Sequence record: MN445185.1
Direction: 5' to 3' (one strand)
Source of the DNA: Escherichia phage vB_EcoM_EC001
DNA length: 64,000 bases
In this document: positions 9,096 through 18,866 of the stretch, one piece after another
How positions within the stretch are numbered: position 1 is the first letter of the stretch
Layout of the letters: every line of letters begins with the position of its first letter
Notes under the pieces: model-generated
What the model was told of the DNA's origin: nothing
Databases searched by the model: none
Seen by the model: the letters and a program-made list of their open reading frames with translations, nothing else
Translations under genes and position numbers: made by a program

Positions 9096-9793
9096 TGGCT
9101 AAGCAAAAGAAACCCCGTAACAAAAAGTATAACCCAAAAGCTGCTACAGAGCGTACAGCGCACACCATCGCTGAAAACGCGCTGAACCGCATCACCTTTA
9201 TTGGCAGCTCCATTCGTCGCCTCGGACCGTACGCGGGCCGTGGTTTTCACTTTACGGCAAGTCCTCGTATTCGTGCTATCGCCACAGATATGTTAGTCGG
9301 TGGGCTGTTCGACCAACCGCGACCATGGCATCTTTGGGTGATGCACCTCACTGAACTCGACACCGGTGAAATTGTAACAGAAACCGCAGTTGCCACACTT
9401 GACGATTATACTTTGGCGGACTTCTGTGAACACGCTGAGAAGTTAGTTAAATCGCTACGTCCTGAACAGGAAGAAGGGAAATATTTCGGTTATGCGTTTG
9501 TGGCCGCCCCGAACGAGCGGTACGACTTCAAAGCGGAAGAAGACCAACTCATTGAAAACTTCATGCATTCTGGACTACTTGATACGTCGTTACATCTGTC
9601 GGAAGAACAACAGTTCGTTAGTCGTGCAGAAATGGCCAACCTGCTCGTTGGTTATACTCGGAAGTTTGACGTGACCGTTGAACACGTCAAAGAAGTACCA
9701 GAGATTGTGAGCAAGAAAGACGAGGTGGTGCTTCCGGTTGACGAGGTTGTCAGTAAAGTAGCGACTGCGATAGGGGCAACGGGGGATTACTGA
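9095..9793 (+). CDS. Hypothetical protein
   Basis: ATG overlaps the upstream stop (translational coupling). Confidence 0.6.
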   Translation: MAKQKKPRNKKYNPKAATERTAHTIAENALNRITFIGSSIRRLGPYAGRGFHFTASPRIRAIATDMLVGGLFDQPRPWHLWVMHLTELDTGEIVTETAVATLDDYTLADFCEHAEKLVKSLRPEQEEGKYFGYAFVAAPNERYDFKAEEDQLIENFMHSGLLDTSLHLSEEQQFVSRAEMANLLVGYTRKFDVTVEHVKEVPEIVSKKDEVVLPVDEVVSKVATAIGATGDY

Positions 9794-10002
9794 TGAATCT
9801 ACGTTGGCCGATCGCGGCTGCTGTGTTGTTTTGTATTTATATCGCCATCAGCACCAGTACCCGCACTGCAGAACGTCGCGAGACCGCAACCAGTACGTTT
9901 AGGATGTGCATTGACCGCGTAGACCCGAACAGTACCACTTATCCTGACGCGGTGAACGCGTGTCGCAAAGCGGTTGCTGAGATATTGAAAGAGGAAAAAT
10001 AA
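9793..10002 (+). CDS. Small hypothetical protein with N-terminal hydrophobic helix
   Basis: ATGA start/stop overlap; hydrophobic segment PIAAAVLFCIYIAIS. Confidence 0.5.
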   Translation: MNLRWPIAAAVLFCIYIAISTSTRTAERRETATSTFRMCIDRVDPNSTTYPDAVNACRKAVAEILKEEK

Positions 10003-10229
10003 TGGAAAACCTTACGCCGATTGAGATAGTGGCGCTATTCGACCGTTACGTATACGGACAAACGCAGGCAAAGAAAATGCTGGCGATTGCGCTACGTAAT
10101 CGATATCGTGCCAATAAACTCAACGTAGTGGACCGTATGTCGGTCCACAAACAGAACCTTTTAATAGAAGGTCCAACAGGCACGGGTAAAACGGCGTTGA
10201 TGCGTGAAGAAAAACAGAAACAAAAGTGA
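10002..10229 (+). CDS. Truncated HslU/ClpX-like AAA+ N-terminal fragment (75 aa)
   Basis: LTPIEIV..GQ..AKK.LAIALRNRYR and Walker A GPTGTGKT resemble the HslU N-terminus; ORF stops just after the P-loop. Confidence 0.6.
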   Translation: MENLTPIEIVALFDRYVYGQTQAKKMLAIALRNRYRANKLNVVDRMSVHKQNLLIEGPTGTGKTALMREEKQKQK

Positions 10230-10237
10230 GGTAAAGG

Positions 10238-11245
10238 ATGGCGAAGCTCGTTTCGTTTTCAGCAGGGTTGGATTCCACCTGGATAATGTATCAGCTGCTA
10301 TGCAAAGCACCGGCCAATGAAGCACGACATGTCCGTCCTGCGTATTTCTCCATGTGGAATGGAGGTAACGCGAACTTCATGGAAATTCTTTGTAGCGTGG
10401 CCATTGTTGAACGGTTGATGGATAGACACCATGCACAAACCGAACATGTTACATGGGCGGTGCTCGGGGAAGAGAACTTCCAGCCTGTCGTTACCGCTGG
10501 ATATGCTAACGGCTGGTCGCCTCTGGTTCAGCAGGGCAATGTTGTTAACGGTCTCGCTAAACTGATGTGTGGTATTACGCGCAAACAGCACCACGCCTAT
10601 GCAGTTGTTGGTTGGAATAAGCTAGATGCGTTGGAGAATAGTCTAGAGCTGGGAGATTGGACATTAGACGAGTACGCTCGCTTAAAGAACCTCTATAGCG
10701 AATTGATGTATTTCCAAGATCATGCCGGTCGCGTTCCACCGCTTCTAACACCTGCGTGGGATAAAGAGAAACTGGAAATGTGGCAGGAGTTGCCGGAAGA
10801 TATTCGTAGGTTGGTACAGGTCAGTAACAACAACAACTACGAATTCGCGATAGACCGTGAGAATAACGTGCTCATCGTTTATGCCCATCCGTCGGCAAAG
10901 TCGCAGAATTATCGTAGTCTTGGTATTACACCGTCAGTGGGATGGGAGATTAAAATCAACGATGCTTACAGACGGGTATGGTGTTCTGCTCTCGGTAGTG
11001 CTATTTCTGCTATGGGTTTGGGCGTACCGGCTTTTGCTAACTTTAAGGACCCGGAAAGAAACCACACGACCTTTACGGTAAGTGAAGATACTAACCGGTT
11101 ATGTATCACATCGTTTACCGCGGAAGAGTGGTGCGCGTATGCGCCACATTTTAAAGCGCTTCAGGAGAAAGAAAAAGAGATAGCGAAAAATGCCAAAGCA
11201 AGTAAAGCTGTGGACGCTCCAACTGGCGAAGTGGCGGATAGCTGA
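10238..11245 (+). CDS. Hypothetical protein with divergent PP-loop-like motif
   Basis: N-terminal SFSAGLDST resembles the SGGxDS PP-loop; GAGG SD. Confidence 0.55.
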   Translation: MAKLVSFSAGLDSTWIMYQLLCKAPANEARHVRPAYFSMWNGGNANFMEILCSVAIVERLMDRHHAQTEHVTWAVLGEENFQPVVTAGYANGWSPLVQQGNVVNGLAKLMCGITRKQHHAYAVVGWNKLDALENSLELGDWTLDEYARLKNLYSELMYFQDHAGRVPPLLTPAWDKEKLEMWQELPEDIRRLVQVSNNNNYEFAIDRENNVLIVYAHPSAKSQNYRSLGITPSVGWEIKINDAYRRVWCSALGSAISAMGLGVPAFANFKDPERNHTTFTVSEDTNRLCITSFTAEEWCAYAPHFKALQEKEKEIAKNAKASKAVDAPTGEVADS

Positions 11246-11573
11246 AAAACGGAATTTGCCAAAGCTGGATATAACGGTTAAGTCGGGGCTGAAATATTTG
11301 GCACCCGACTGGGACTTTCTGATGGACTACAAGAAGTCTGACAAAGGCCCCGACGCAGAAGCTGCGTATACCAAACGCTACCTGCAGAAACTTAGTCGGT
11401 TGTTTGATGAAGACACTGATAAGTTGATAGAGATTCTCCGCCAGGGCGAGGTCGTACTAATGTGCTATTGCCCACCGGGGAAATTCTGTCATCGCCACTT
11501 GCTAGTTTCTTACCTTATTGAAATCGGTGAGTGGTTCGGTTATGAAGTAATTTACATGGGCGAGTTATCGTAA
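11190..11573 (+). CDS. DUF488-like hypothetical protein
   Basis: C-terminal MCYCPPGKFCHRHLL resembles the DUF488 signature; overlaps the upstream gene by 56 bp. Confidence 0.5.
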   Translation: MPKQVKLWTLQLAKWRIAEKRNLPKLDITVKSGLKYLAPDWDFLMDYKKSDKGPDAEAAYTKRYLQKLSRLFDEDTDKLIEILRQGEVVLMCYCPPGKFCHRHLLVSYLIEIGEWFGYEVIYMGELS

Positions 11574-11584
11574 GGAGAGTCCTC

Positions 11585-11980
11585 GTGAAATTGATTATGC
11601 CTAAAACCGTTCCTAATCAGGATATGGTTACGACTACACTGTTTTCTGAATCATTACGCAACTCTGTACGTCAGACCGCTTCACGTCTAGACGTGGCAGT
11701 TGAAGAACTCGACCCAGAAGTCTTCATGAAGTATGCGTTTATTGCAGAAGGTTACGCGATCGCCCTGAGTTATGCGCGGTATGTCGATGACGTGACAGAA
11801 GCTAAACGTTATTTAGAAGGCTGTTGTCAAGTTTTCCGTGAAGAAATCACCGAGATGGAGATGGTTGACCGTGGCTTACCTGAATTTGTAAAGGTGGGTT
11901 ACGATAAGCTGTTGCAATCCATCGCGGATGAGATCAAACGTCGCGGGTTAACTGTTGTGCACAGTGCTACACTGCACTAA
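11585..11980 (+). CDS. Hypothetical protein
   Basis: GTG start with AAGGAGAG SD. Confidence 0.55.
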   Translation: MKLIMPKTVPNQDMVTTTLFSESLRNSVRQTASRLDVAVEELDPEVFMKYAFIAEGYAIALSYARYVDDVTEAKRYLEGCCQVFREEITEMEMVDRGLPEFVKVGYDKLLQSIADEIKRRGLTVVHSATLH

Positions 11981-11993
11981 CAGCGTACGAGTA

Positions 11994-12035
11994 GGCTACC
12001 ACACGATCATATGTGTGGTAGCTTATTTTTTTGTT
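11994..12035 (+). terminator. Rho-independent terminator
   Basis: Stem ggctaccacac / gtgtggtagc, then a T-run. Confidence 0.65.
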
Positions 12036-12048
12036 TCTGGAGGCGTTA

Positions 12049-12588
12049 ATGGCAGACCGCTATCAGCCCGACCTAACACTGAGTTCAAAAGCGCTAGTCT
12101 TAGCGCTTATCAATCATGACAATAATCTGTCACTTACTGATAAAGAGATTGTGATTAGGGATATTGATGCGAACGCTTCACCAGACATCATCCCGAAGAA
12201 CACACAGGCAAGCGTGGCCAAAGCACGTAAGCCAAATGGGAAAACCGTGACAGTCTATTATGACCGGTTAAGTGCGTCTACCGTGCTAGACAGTTTTCAG
12301 CCGCTATTGGTGTCCTTAGACGGAACCGAAACGGACATTCAGCAAATTGCCAGTGTGATTAACGGTTACTGCGGTACAAACTTGTCAGCAGCAGACTTAC
12401 AGTCTGCGCCAATCGTGGTCAGCGACGATTTTACCCTGGTGAATATCACTGGCGATTCCCCAGCATGGCTTGGGACATTTATCGCAACCCTGTTTACCAA
12501 AAATGAGTACGTTCTTTCAACTGACACTGACACGGTGCTGTGTCTGGATGAGAACACTGTGCTCGTACTGACTGACGAGGAAGAGTAA
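12049..12588 (+). CDS. Hypothetical protein
   Basis: ATG 12049 with GGAGG SD; track TTG start 12031 lies in the terminator T-run. Confidence 0.6.
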   Translation: MADRYQPDLTLSSKALVLALINHDNNLSLTDKEIVIRDIDANASPDIIPKNTQASVAKARKPNGKTVTVYYDRLSASTVLDSFQPLLVSLDGTETDIQQIASVINGYCGTNLSAADLQSAPIVVSDDFTLVNITGDSPAWLGTFIATLFTKNEYVLSTDTDTVLCLDENTVLVLTDEEE

Positions 12589-13073
12589 TGGCCAGCCCAG
12601 TTAAAAAGCAAACATTTGAGAGCTTACCATTTTATACCGATATCACCAACGTGAAAGATGGGATGTTCTTGTTTATCAAAGATGGGAAAGCGTATCAGTA
12701 CCCGCTCGAGATGTTGGGTGTCCAGAAGGTTGCTCAGGGTGTCGTTATTCGTGATGCGGCGTATGAGTTGGAAGCGGCAGCAGCCACTGATTGGTACCTA
12801 GGACTGTCGCAACCGGAAACCGATCTCACTATTAAACCTGATGGAGTATTGGGGGCATTTCGGTACACGCTCAACCTGACTATTCTTCAGGGAACGGGAG
12901 CCAACAAAATTAACTGGCCTTCCAACGTGAAGTTCCCCCATGATGCATACCCGGTGCTGTCGTACCAGAAAGGGAAATCGGACATGATTACCCTGACTAC
13001 AATCGACGGCGGTTACACCTGGAAAGGTGGCGTTAGTGGAACAGGATATACAGAATGGGTAGAAACTCCTTAA
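12588..13073 (+). CDS. Hypothetical protein
   Basis: ATG overlaps the upstream stop. Confidence 0.6.
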   Translation: MASPVKKQTFESLPFYTDITNVKDGMFLFIKDGKAYQYPLEMLGVQKVAQGVVIRDAAYELEAAAATDWYLGLSQPETDLTIKPDGVLGAFRYTLNLTILQGTGANKINWPSNVKFPHDAYPVLSYQKGKSDMITLTTIDGGYTWKGGVSGTGYTEWVETP

Positions 13074-16072
13074 TCGCAGTACGGACAGGGATTAACAATG
13101 CCCTGTCGATGGCCTACGGTCATCAGGACTTCGTTCGTCGAAATACCGGCTTAACTAACGACGCCCACAATGACCATTATCTGATTAACCCAGAAGGGGT
13201 GCTATCTAATAACCGGCATTTCATTGCTGACTCCATGGCAGTGTATCAACCTAATGGTGACGCCACCACAGAAGGTCAATCGTTGCTGATTATTGGGTAT
13301 TGCCACATGTACATCGCTACCAAAAACCAGATGTGGTTAGATGCGGCGATTCGTGCATGGGAAGCGTACGCTACCTACTATTACGCAGGTCAGGCCATTC
13401 CTGAGTCACCGCAACGTTGGATTTGTAACTGGCTAGTTAACGGTAAAGAACCGGTGCTGTCAGACTATCCAGTGCATCCGTCCGAGCCAACCCACGGTGG
13501 TTACAAGTGTGTACCGGTGACGTTTACGAACGGGCGTTGCCAGATACCCCAAGGCGCACCATTCTTTGGTGAATATCTGAACAATTTCTTTTCTGCGCAT
13601 CGTGGCCATCCTACTTGGGGTGCGGTTAATGCCGACGTACAGAAAATTAAGGAATCGGAAGACGGGTTAATTGACTGGTCTAAAGTCCCTGATTACTTAA
13701 TCGTCAATCCAGAGAAACCTTACGATGTAAAAGCGTGGGTGGACTGGAACACGATGCTAAACGACCCAACCGGATATACACCAATGTGGGGCGGTTCTAC
13801 CTCGAAAGGTCCGTTGTACGAGCCTGACTGGTTTGTTGTGTGGACAGGTGAGAAGGTTCAGGATGGCGAGGTCATTGAATCTGGGTTGCCTGATGCCCAG
13901 AAAGGAACCGTACAATTAAAGGACACCAGTATCAACGGTGTGTATTTGATTAACTACGCTTCCCAGGTGCCAGTAGAGCACGGCGGGTATTTGTTTGGCC
14001 GTAATGAGCCATGGCACAACCGTCCTGTGCACACACCGTTAAAAGGCTCTGTCAACCAAATGGGTAACGCGGCAGATGCGGAAGTGTGGTTTATTGATGC
14101 CTGTTATCTGCTCTGGCGTATCACAGGTGAACCGCGCTATAAAGCCGCACTAGACTCTGTGTTCTATACAGCGCATGAATACACGTATATCGATGCGAAG
14201 GACAAGTTTTTCCGACGTTCTAAGCTAGCCGAAACACCATTTACAGATGGTATCTCGTACGACTATAAATACCCCAGCACTGTTGAGGTCGCTTACAGTC
14301 GTGATGAAAATGGTGATATTGTGTTCCGTTCTGAGAAAGCTGTGCAGAACTTTATGGAACAGCAAGCCGTGCGTTTCAGGATAAACAGTCAATCGAAGTT
14401 ACGTGTGACGTATGGCGGTGTTTGCGACAACGGTGATGCGCTTGCGTGTAAAGTGATGGTGGATATCAACCCCGTTAAAGCGGATACTGAAGAAGTAAAC
14501 TGGTACGGCTGTACGCTTCCAGGATCAACATCGATGGAAGTAAAACAGCATGACATCGGTTTAGGGCATCTGGCCAGAATGACTAATCCGGCCAACGGCG
14601 AAGATTACATCATTGCCGATGCGCGAGCATGTTCAGATTACGGTGGGTGTACGTGGCAGGAGAAGTTTGAGAGCAACATCTACGATGGTCGTTCAGGCAC
14701 AATCGTAGAAGCGTTATTCCCGAACGACGATGCGGGTTTCATTATCGGTTTCTGGTTAACCGATGCCGGTGTTGCACCCCCACAGTCAATTGTCTATCGT
14801 GCCGATGGTGATTTCAACTTCCGTTTCGAAGATACCGACAAGTGGCGTTGGTGGTGGATGTTGCCCGCGACTAACGGGGAATGGAAACAGGTTATTATTC
14901 GCCCTGAAGACGCAACACTCTCGGGCTATCAACCCGACCACGATACCGACGTCGAACCAAAACCGGCTGCGCCAAACTATACAACTATCGATCGGGTAAC
15001 CATACTGCCCGATTCGGCTGTGGAGAATGCGCACTTTAGCTGGTATTGCGTAAACGATGTTCCGCCACTGTTTAATGGAGACGATGGTTGGACGTTAACG
15101 TTCCGTATTGTAATTCGGGGAGGTTCTGCATTTACGGGTAAAGTGGGCGATTGTACGATAAAAGATTACCGTCTTGACTCGCTCGCGTATTGTCCAGGAA
15201 CGATACCGTTCTCGAACATTTATTCGGAAGGAACGTATCAGCTAGGTGCATGGCACGGGATGCCGTATCCTGGCTATCAGTATCCGTTTATGTACACCAT
15301 ACACACCGATGATCGCTACAAAGTCTGGCTCTTAAATCAGATTCGGTTTATGCACGATTCACAAACCAACTACCAGGCGCAGCTAGGTGAGTTAGGTCCA
15401 GGTTGTGCGGCGTATATTTGGAACCGTTGGGATAACTACTCTTACGGCCCGGCAGATACGTGGACAACGTTCCATTGGGGAGATGGACATCCGTGGGCAG
15501 GTTATCAGCCGCGCGCGTATAACGCCGCTGCGCGTTGTTGGTACGAATTAGTTGTGCGTGGTAAAGAGGTTCCACCTGAGCTAGTAGTGTACGTTGAAAA
15601 TTGGGCTAAGTGGCTCGTAGGGTTCTTAGACCGCTTTGACAACCACACTCCGAATGAATTCCCTACAGCACCAAATAAACCGGTATGGGTAGAGAACGAT
15701 TTCACAGCACATATGTGTGCGCTCTGGATAGCAGGCAGCGCTTATGCGGCAATGGCTGGCTGTACAGTGGAAGGGTTGAGCCGTATTATGGATATGGGGA
15801 TGAAAGAGATGGGTGACAACTTCACCGTCACAGACATTCCAGGAAAAGCCATTAACGGTGCCTGGTCTCCGTGGGCAAACCCTACCACGGATAACGGTCA
15901 GGCTTTTGGGTTTTATACTGGAGAAGCGATGCGTGCAATCGGGTTGTATCTCCTCTATAAAGAACACGGCCCAGGACATGATATTTATCGTGACTTGGCA
16001 ATACCCGACCACACAACAGCTTCACTCGATATAACGTTTACTATCCCAGACGATCCGCTCGAAACTAATTAA
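13055..16072 (+). CDS. Large Trp/Tyr-rich hypothetical protein (1005 aa), possible glycan-acting or structural protein
   Basis: 3-kb uninterrupted ORF; aromatic-rich composition; no motif recognised. Confidence 0.7.
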   Translation: MGRNSLIAVRTGINNALSMAYGHQDFVRRNTGLTNDAHNDHYLINPEGVLSNNRHFIADSMAVYQPNGDATTEGQSLLIIGYCHMYIATKNQMWLDAAIRAWEAYATYYYAGQAIPESPQRWICNWLVNGKEPVLSDYPVHPSEPTHGGYKCVPVTFTNGRCQIPQGAPFFGEYLNNFFSAHRGHPTWGAVNADVQKIKESEDGLIDWSKVPDYLIVNPEKPYDVKAWVDWNTMLNDPTGYTPMWGGSTSKGPLYEPDWFVVWTGEKVQDGEVIESGLPDAQKGTVQLKDTSINGVYLINYASQVPVEHGGYLFGRNEPWHNRPVHTPLKGSVNQMGNAADAEVWFIDACYLLWRITGEPRYKAALDSVFYTAHEYTYIDAKDKFFRRSKLAETPFTDGISYDYKYPSTVEVAYSRDENGDIVFRSEKAVQNFMEQQAVRFRINSQSKLRVTYGGVCDNGDALACKVMVDINPVKADTEEVNWYGCTLPGSTSMEVKQHDIGLGHLARMTNPANGEDYIIADARACSDYGGCTWQEKFESNIYDGRSGTIVEALFPNDDAGFIIGFWLTDAGVAPPQSIVYRADGDFNFRFEDTDKWRWWWMLPATNGEWKQVIIRPEDATLSGYQPDHDTDVEPKPAAPNYTTIDRVTILPDSAVENAHFSWYCVNDVPPLFNGDDGWTLTFRIVIRGGSAFTGKVGDCTIKDYRLDSLAYCPGTIPFSNIYSEGTYQLGAWHGMPYPGYQYPFMYTIHTDDRYKVWLLNQIRFMHDSQTNYQAQLGELGPGCAAYIWNRWDNYSYGPADTWTTFHWGDGHPWAGYQPRAYNAAARCWYELVVRGKEVPPELVVYVENWAKWLVGFLDRFDNHTPNEFPTAPNKPVWVENDFTAHMCALWIAGSAYAAMAGCTVEGLSRIMDMGMKEMGDNFTVTDIPGKAINGAWSPWANPTTDNGQAFGFYTGEAMRAIGLYLLYKEHGPGHDIYRDLAIPDHTTASLDITFTIPDDPLETN

Positions 16073-16077
16073 GTGTA

Positions 16078-16115
16078 TACCAGCTATCCTTCGGGGTGGC
16101 TGGTACGCTTTATTT
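16078..16115 (+). terminator. Rho-independent terminator
   Basis: Stem accagc..cc / gg..gctggt with ttcg loop, then a T-run. Confidence 0.55.
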
Positions 16116-16117
16116 TA

Positions 16118-16146
16118 TTTCAGATAGATGTTATCTCAGTGAACCT
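16118..16146 (+). promoter_or_regulatory. Conserved promoter-like motif, class 2
   Basis: Same 17-mer tttcagatagatgttat plus tgaacct as at 7718-7747. Confidence 0.4.
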
Positions 16147-16199
16147 CTGAAATTTACGTTTCAATCAGAGCTTATGTCATGTATTAAGGAGCACTTAAA

Positions 16200-16532
16200 A
16201 TGTCTAAAGTCTATCACATTGCGGTATTGCGTCAGGCAACTGACCTTGAAAGCGACCGTGAACTTCGAATGCAGGAAGCCATTCTGAGCACTGTTAAAGA
16301 ACTTAACCAAGCAAACAATTTCGATGCACGCTTCGAAGCGTTACCAGTAAGCCGCAGTGCTTTCTACGGCAGTCAAATACTGGCAACCCAGTATGCGATG
16401 GCTTTAAGTGACTTGCGCAATAACCCTAGCCCAGAGACCGCGGCGAAGATGAACAAACTGTCGCTATGGATGAATAACCTGGATGTCCCCGCAGCATCCA
16501 CTGTAAGCGGTTTGGGGGTGGTCAATGGGTAG
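16200..16532 (+). CDS. Hypothetical protein
   Basis: AAGGAG SD. Confidence 0.6.
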   Translation: MSKVYHIAVLRQATDLESDRELRMQEAILSTVKELNQANNFDARFEALPVSRSAFYGSQILATQYAMALSDLRNNPSPETAAKMNKLSLWMNNLDVPAASTVSGLGVVNG

Positions 16533-16860
16533 AGTAATCCGTGTTGCCAGACCAATGCGTCTCAATAGGACACCAATGATAAATCGTGATATCGGTGAAG
16601 CTGTAAAACAGTTGTCGAATATCGACGGTTACACCTTTAAAGTGATAACACTGTACGACTACCCAGAAGGCAAAGTTCCGCAAGAGGCGCTGGATAAATT
16701 CGTTAATGTATTAGACGATTGCCTTAAGAGCCCAACGGACGTAAATCTTATCAAACTAAACACCATGTCCCTTGAACTGTACCGGCTGCGTAAAATGGGC
16801 ATTCATGCTCGCATCGGTAAAGGTGACCAAACGTTGGCCGAATACTGGGCTAAACAATAA
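16525..16860 (+). CDS. Hypothetical protein
   Basis: Overlapping start, translational coupling. Confidence 0.6.
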   Translation: MGRVIRVARPMRLNRTPMINRDIGEAVKQLSNIDGYTFKVITLYDYPEGKVPQEALDKFVNVLDDCLKSPTDVNLIKLNTMSLELYRLRKMGIHARIGKGDQTLAEYWAKQ

Positions 16861-16887
16861 GCTATTTTAAATCCTAAGGAGCATTAA

Positions 16888-17406
16888 GTGAATATTATCA
16901 TGAACCTGTATACCAAACGGGAACGTAACGTTTTAGAATCTGGCGTTGCCCCGGAAGTATTGGCTGCGGGGGATATTAGTATCGACCCATTGAAAGTGAA
17001 AGTCGCAGAACTGTTCCCTCGCGACGAATGGGACATCTGGTATTTCCGTTGTTCGTCGGTATTGAATGCAATCAAACAACTGTCTGATTATCAACCTGGT
17101 CCGTATATCGGTACTTGGCACTGGTACGTTCCACGCACACCAAACTTCCTTTACCTGCACGACGATGATAAACGTACTCATATTCGCACTGTAGCGACGC
17201 CTGCGCGTTTGGAGCGTTATCTGGAGCTAATCCACGACCGGCCTCGTAACGAGCTGCAAAGCATCGTAGAGGTGCTCAGACAGGTACCTTTAGACGGTAT
17301 CCTGGAACTGGACATGAAAATCGCCGATCGTCCGAGACATTACTGGGAATTTTCCTGGGTAGACGCGAAGTACGAAAACCATAACGTTATCTATCTGAAG
17401 CGTTAA
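16888..17406 (+). CDS. Hypothetical protein
   Basis: GTG start with AAGGAG SD. Confidence 0.6.
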   Translation: MNIIMNLYTKRERNVLESGVAPEVLAAGDISIDPLKVKVAELFPRDEWDIWYFRCSSVLNAIKQLSDYQPGPYIGTWHWYVPRTPNFLYLHDDDKRTHIRTVATPARLERYLELIHDRPRNELQSIVEVLRQVPLDGILELDMKIADRPRHYWEFSWVDAKYENHNVIYLKR

Positions 17407-17416
17407 GGGGGACAGG

Positions 17417-17737
17417 ATGTTGAACCGGTTACTTGCGCTGATTAACAAGCGACAAAAACAACTGTACGAAGAAAATCGAGAATTAGCTGCCGCTATCCGT
17501 CGTGTACAGGCCGATAACTTGCAGTTAAGACACGACCTCGCGAAACTAGGTGTTAACGCGAGTAGGCTTTGCACGCACATTAGCCGCTGCCACGATATCA
17601 TCGAACGTATTGGACACTACCATCTTACGTCTCCTGCGCGTCGCGTCTATGACGCGGCCGTCCAGGGATTAAAAGATACCAGGAATGCGTACGACGAGAT
17701 GTTAGAAGAGTTTAGCAAACGTGAGGATAAATACTAA
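17417..17737 (+). CDS. Hypothetical protein
   Basis: GGGGGA SD. Confidence 0.6.
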   Translation: MLNRLLALINKRQKQLYEENRELAAAIRRVQADNLQLRHDLAKLGVNASRLCTHISRCHDIIERIGHYHLTSPARRVYDAAVQGLKDTRNAYDEMLEEFSKREDKY

Positions 17738-18120
17738 TGGAAATGCCAACGAACACCGACTTAGCACTGGCAATCGAACACATGAAAAACCATCAGCTGA
17801 CGTTACTGAATGCAGGCACAGAAGGGCAACGTCAAGGGTATGCGCTCGTTGCAAAAGCAGCGTTAGAACTTAACAAGATTCTACTCGCTAAACTTTACGG
17901 GCTGGAAAACAGCGTGCTCCATGCGTCGCACCTGGGCGAAGCCAGCGAGTTAGTTACGAATGTGCGGCTGTATGCAAGTCGTGAAATGGAACGTTTAACC
18001 AACGAATGGAATGTCCAGTGTAACGGCGAGCGTGCTGATAAAGATCCGCGTAAAGTCGCACTGACGCCGGGCGTGTACATCAAAGACGGCACCATTGACG
18101 AATACAGCGGATTTAACTGA
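17737..18120 (+). CDS. Hypothetical protein
   Basis: ATG overlaps the upstream stop. Confidence 0.6.
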   Translation: MEMPTNTDLALAIEHMKNHQLTLLNAGTEGQRQGYALVAKAALELNKILLAKLYGLENSVLHASHLGEASELVTNVRLYASREMERLTNEWNVQCNGERADKDPRKVALTPGVYIKDGTIDEYSGFN

Positions 18121-18143
18121 TCGGCGGATAAGGGTGATTGTGA

Positions 18144-18569
18144 ATGGTAACCATAGACGTAGCTATCTCTATCGAGCTTCAACGCATCGGTGTAGGTACA
18201 CTAAAACTTCGTTATCGTGATTTACCGCATTACAACAAGATGTTTGATGTTGGGGTGATAAAGTTTTATAACCGGTACGGGCCAAGAGAACTATGTCTAT
18301 GGTTTGTCGAGTTAGCGATAACTTATGGCGAGTTTTATCATCCTAATGTACCGCATGTCGAACATGTGTCAAGAGGGCACCTGGAAACTTCCAGAGAGTT
18401 CTATCAGCGATTGTATGGCGCGATGGAGGAGTCCGCACCCATCGACTACGACGTACCACCTGAACTGTTATTAATCGACCATGAAGGAGAAGCCGGTGTC
18501 TATTTCATTACGGGGACTGACTATTCACGAGATTCAGAAATATTTACTCGAGGGCGGGAAACTGACTGA
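18144..18569 (+). CDS. Hypothetical protein
   Basis: ORF with weak SD. Confidence 0.55.
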   Translation: MVTIDVAISIELQRIGVGTLKLRYRDLPHYNKMFDVGVIKFYNRYGPRELCLWFVELAITYGEFYHPNVPHVEHVSRGHLETSREFYQRLYGAMEESAPIDYDVPPELLLIDHEGEAGVYFITGTDYSRDSEIFTRGRETD

Positions 18570-18801
18570 CGACTATCAAACCGCAGATATGTTGCTACAG
18601 TCATTTGTACCGTTACGTGCTGAGTATTACGAAATCGCGTTCCTGGGCGATGAATATTGTGTCCGCACGCAAGGGCGTGAATACGAAGCAGTACGCGTTC
18701 CACGCACACTCGGTGGGGTGATGATGCTCATCGCTAATATCGAAGCACTCAATGCGAAATGTGCGTTATACATCGCACAGGGAGGCCGCAATGGATTTTA
18801 A
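18481..18801 (+). CDS. Hypothetical protein overlapping the upstream gene by 89 bp in another frame
   Basis: Protein-like translation; start uncertain. Confidence 0.4.
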   Translation: MKEKPVSISLRGLTIHEIQKYLLEGGKLTDDYQTADMLLQSFVPLRAEYYEIAFLGDEYCVRTQGREYEAVRVPRTLGGVMMLIANIEALNAKCALYIAQGGRNGF

Positions 18802-18866
18802 GTGGGAAGTGTTATCGTTAGCAGAAGTTCGTAACAGAATCGATAGAGCTATTGCAAGGAGAAAAC

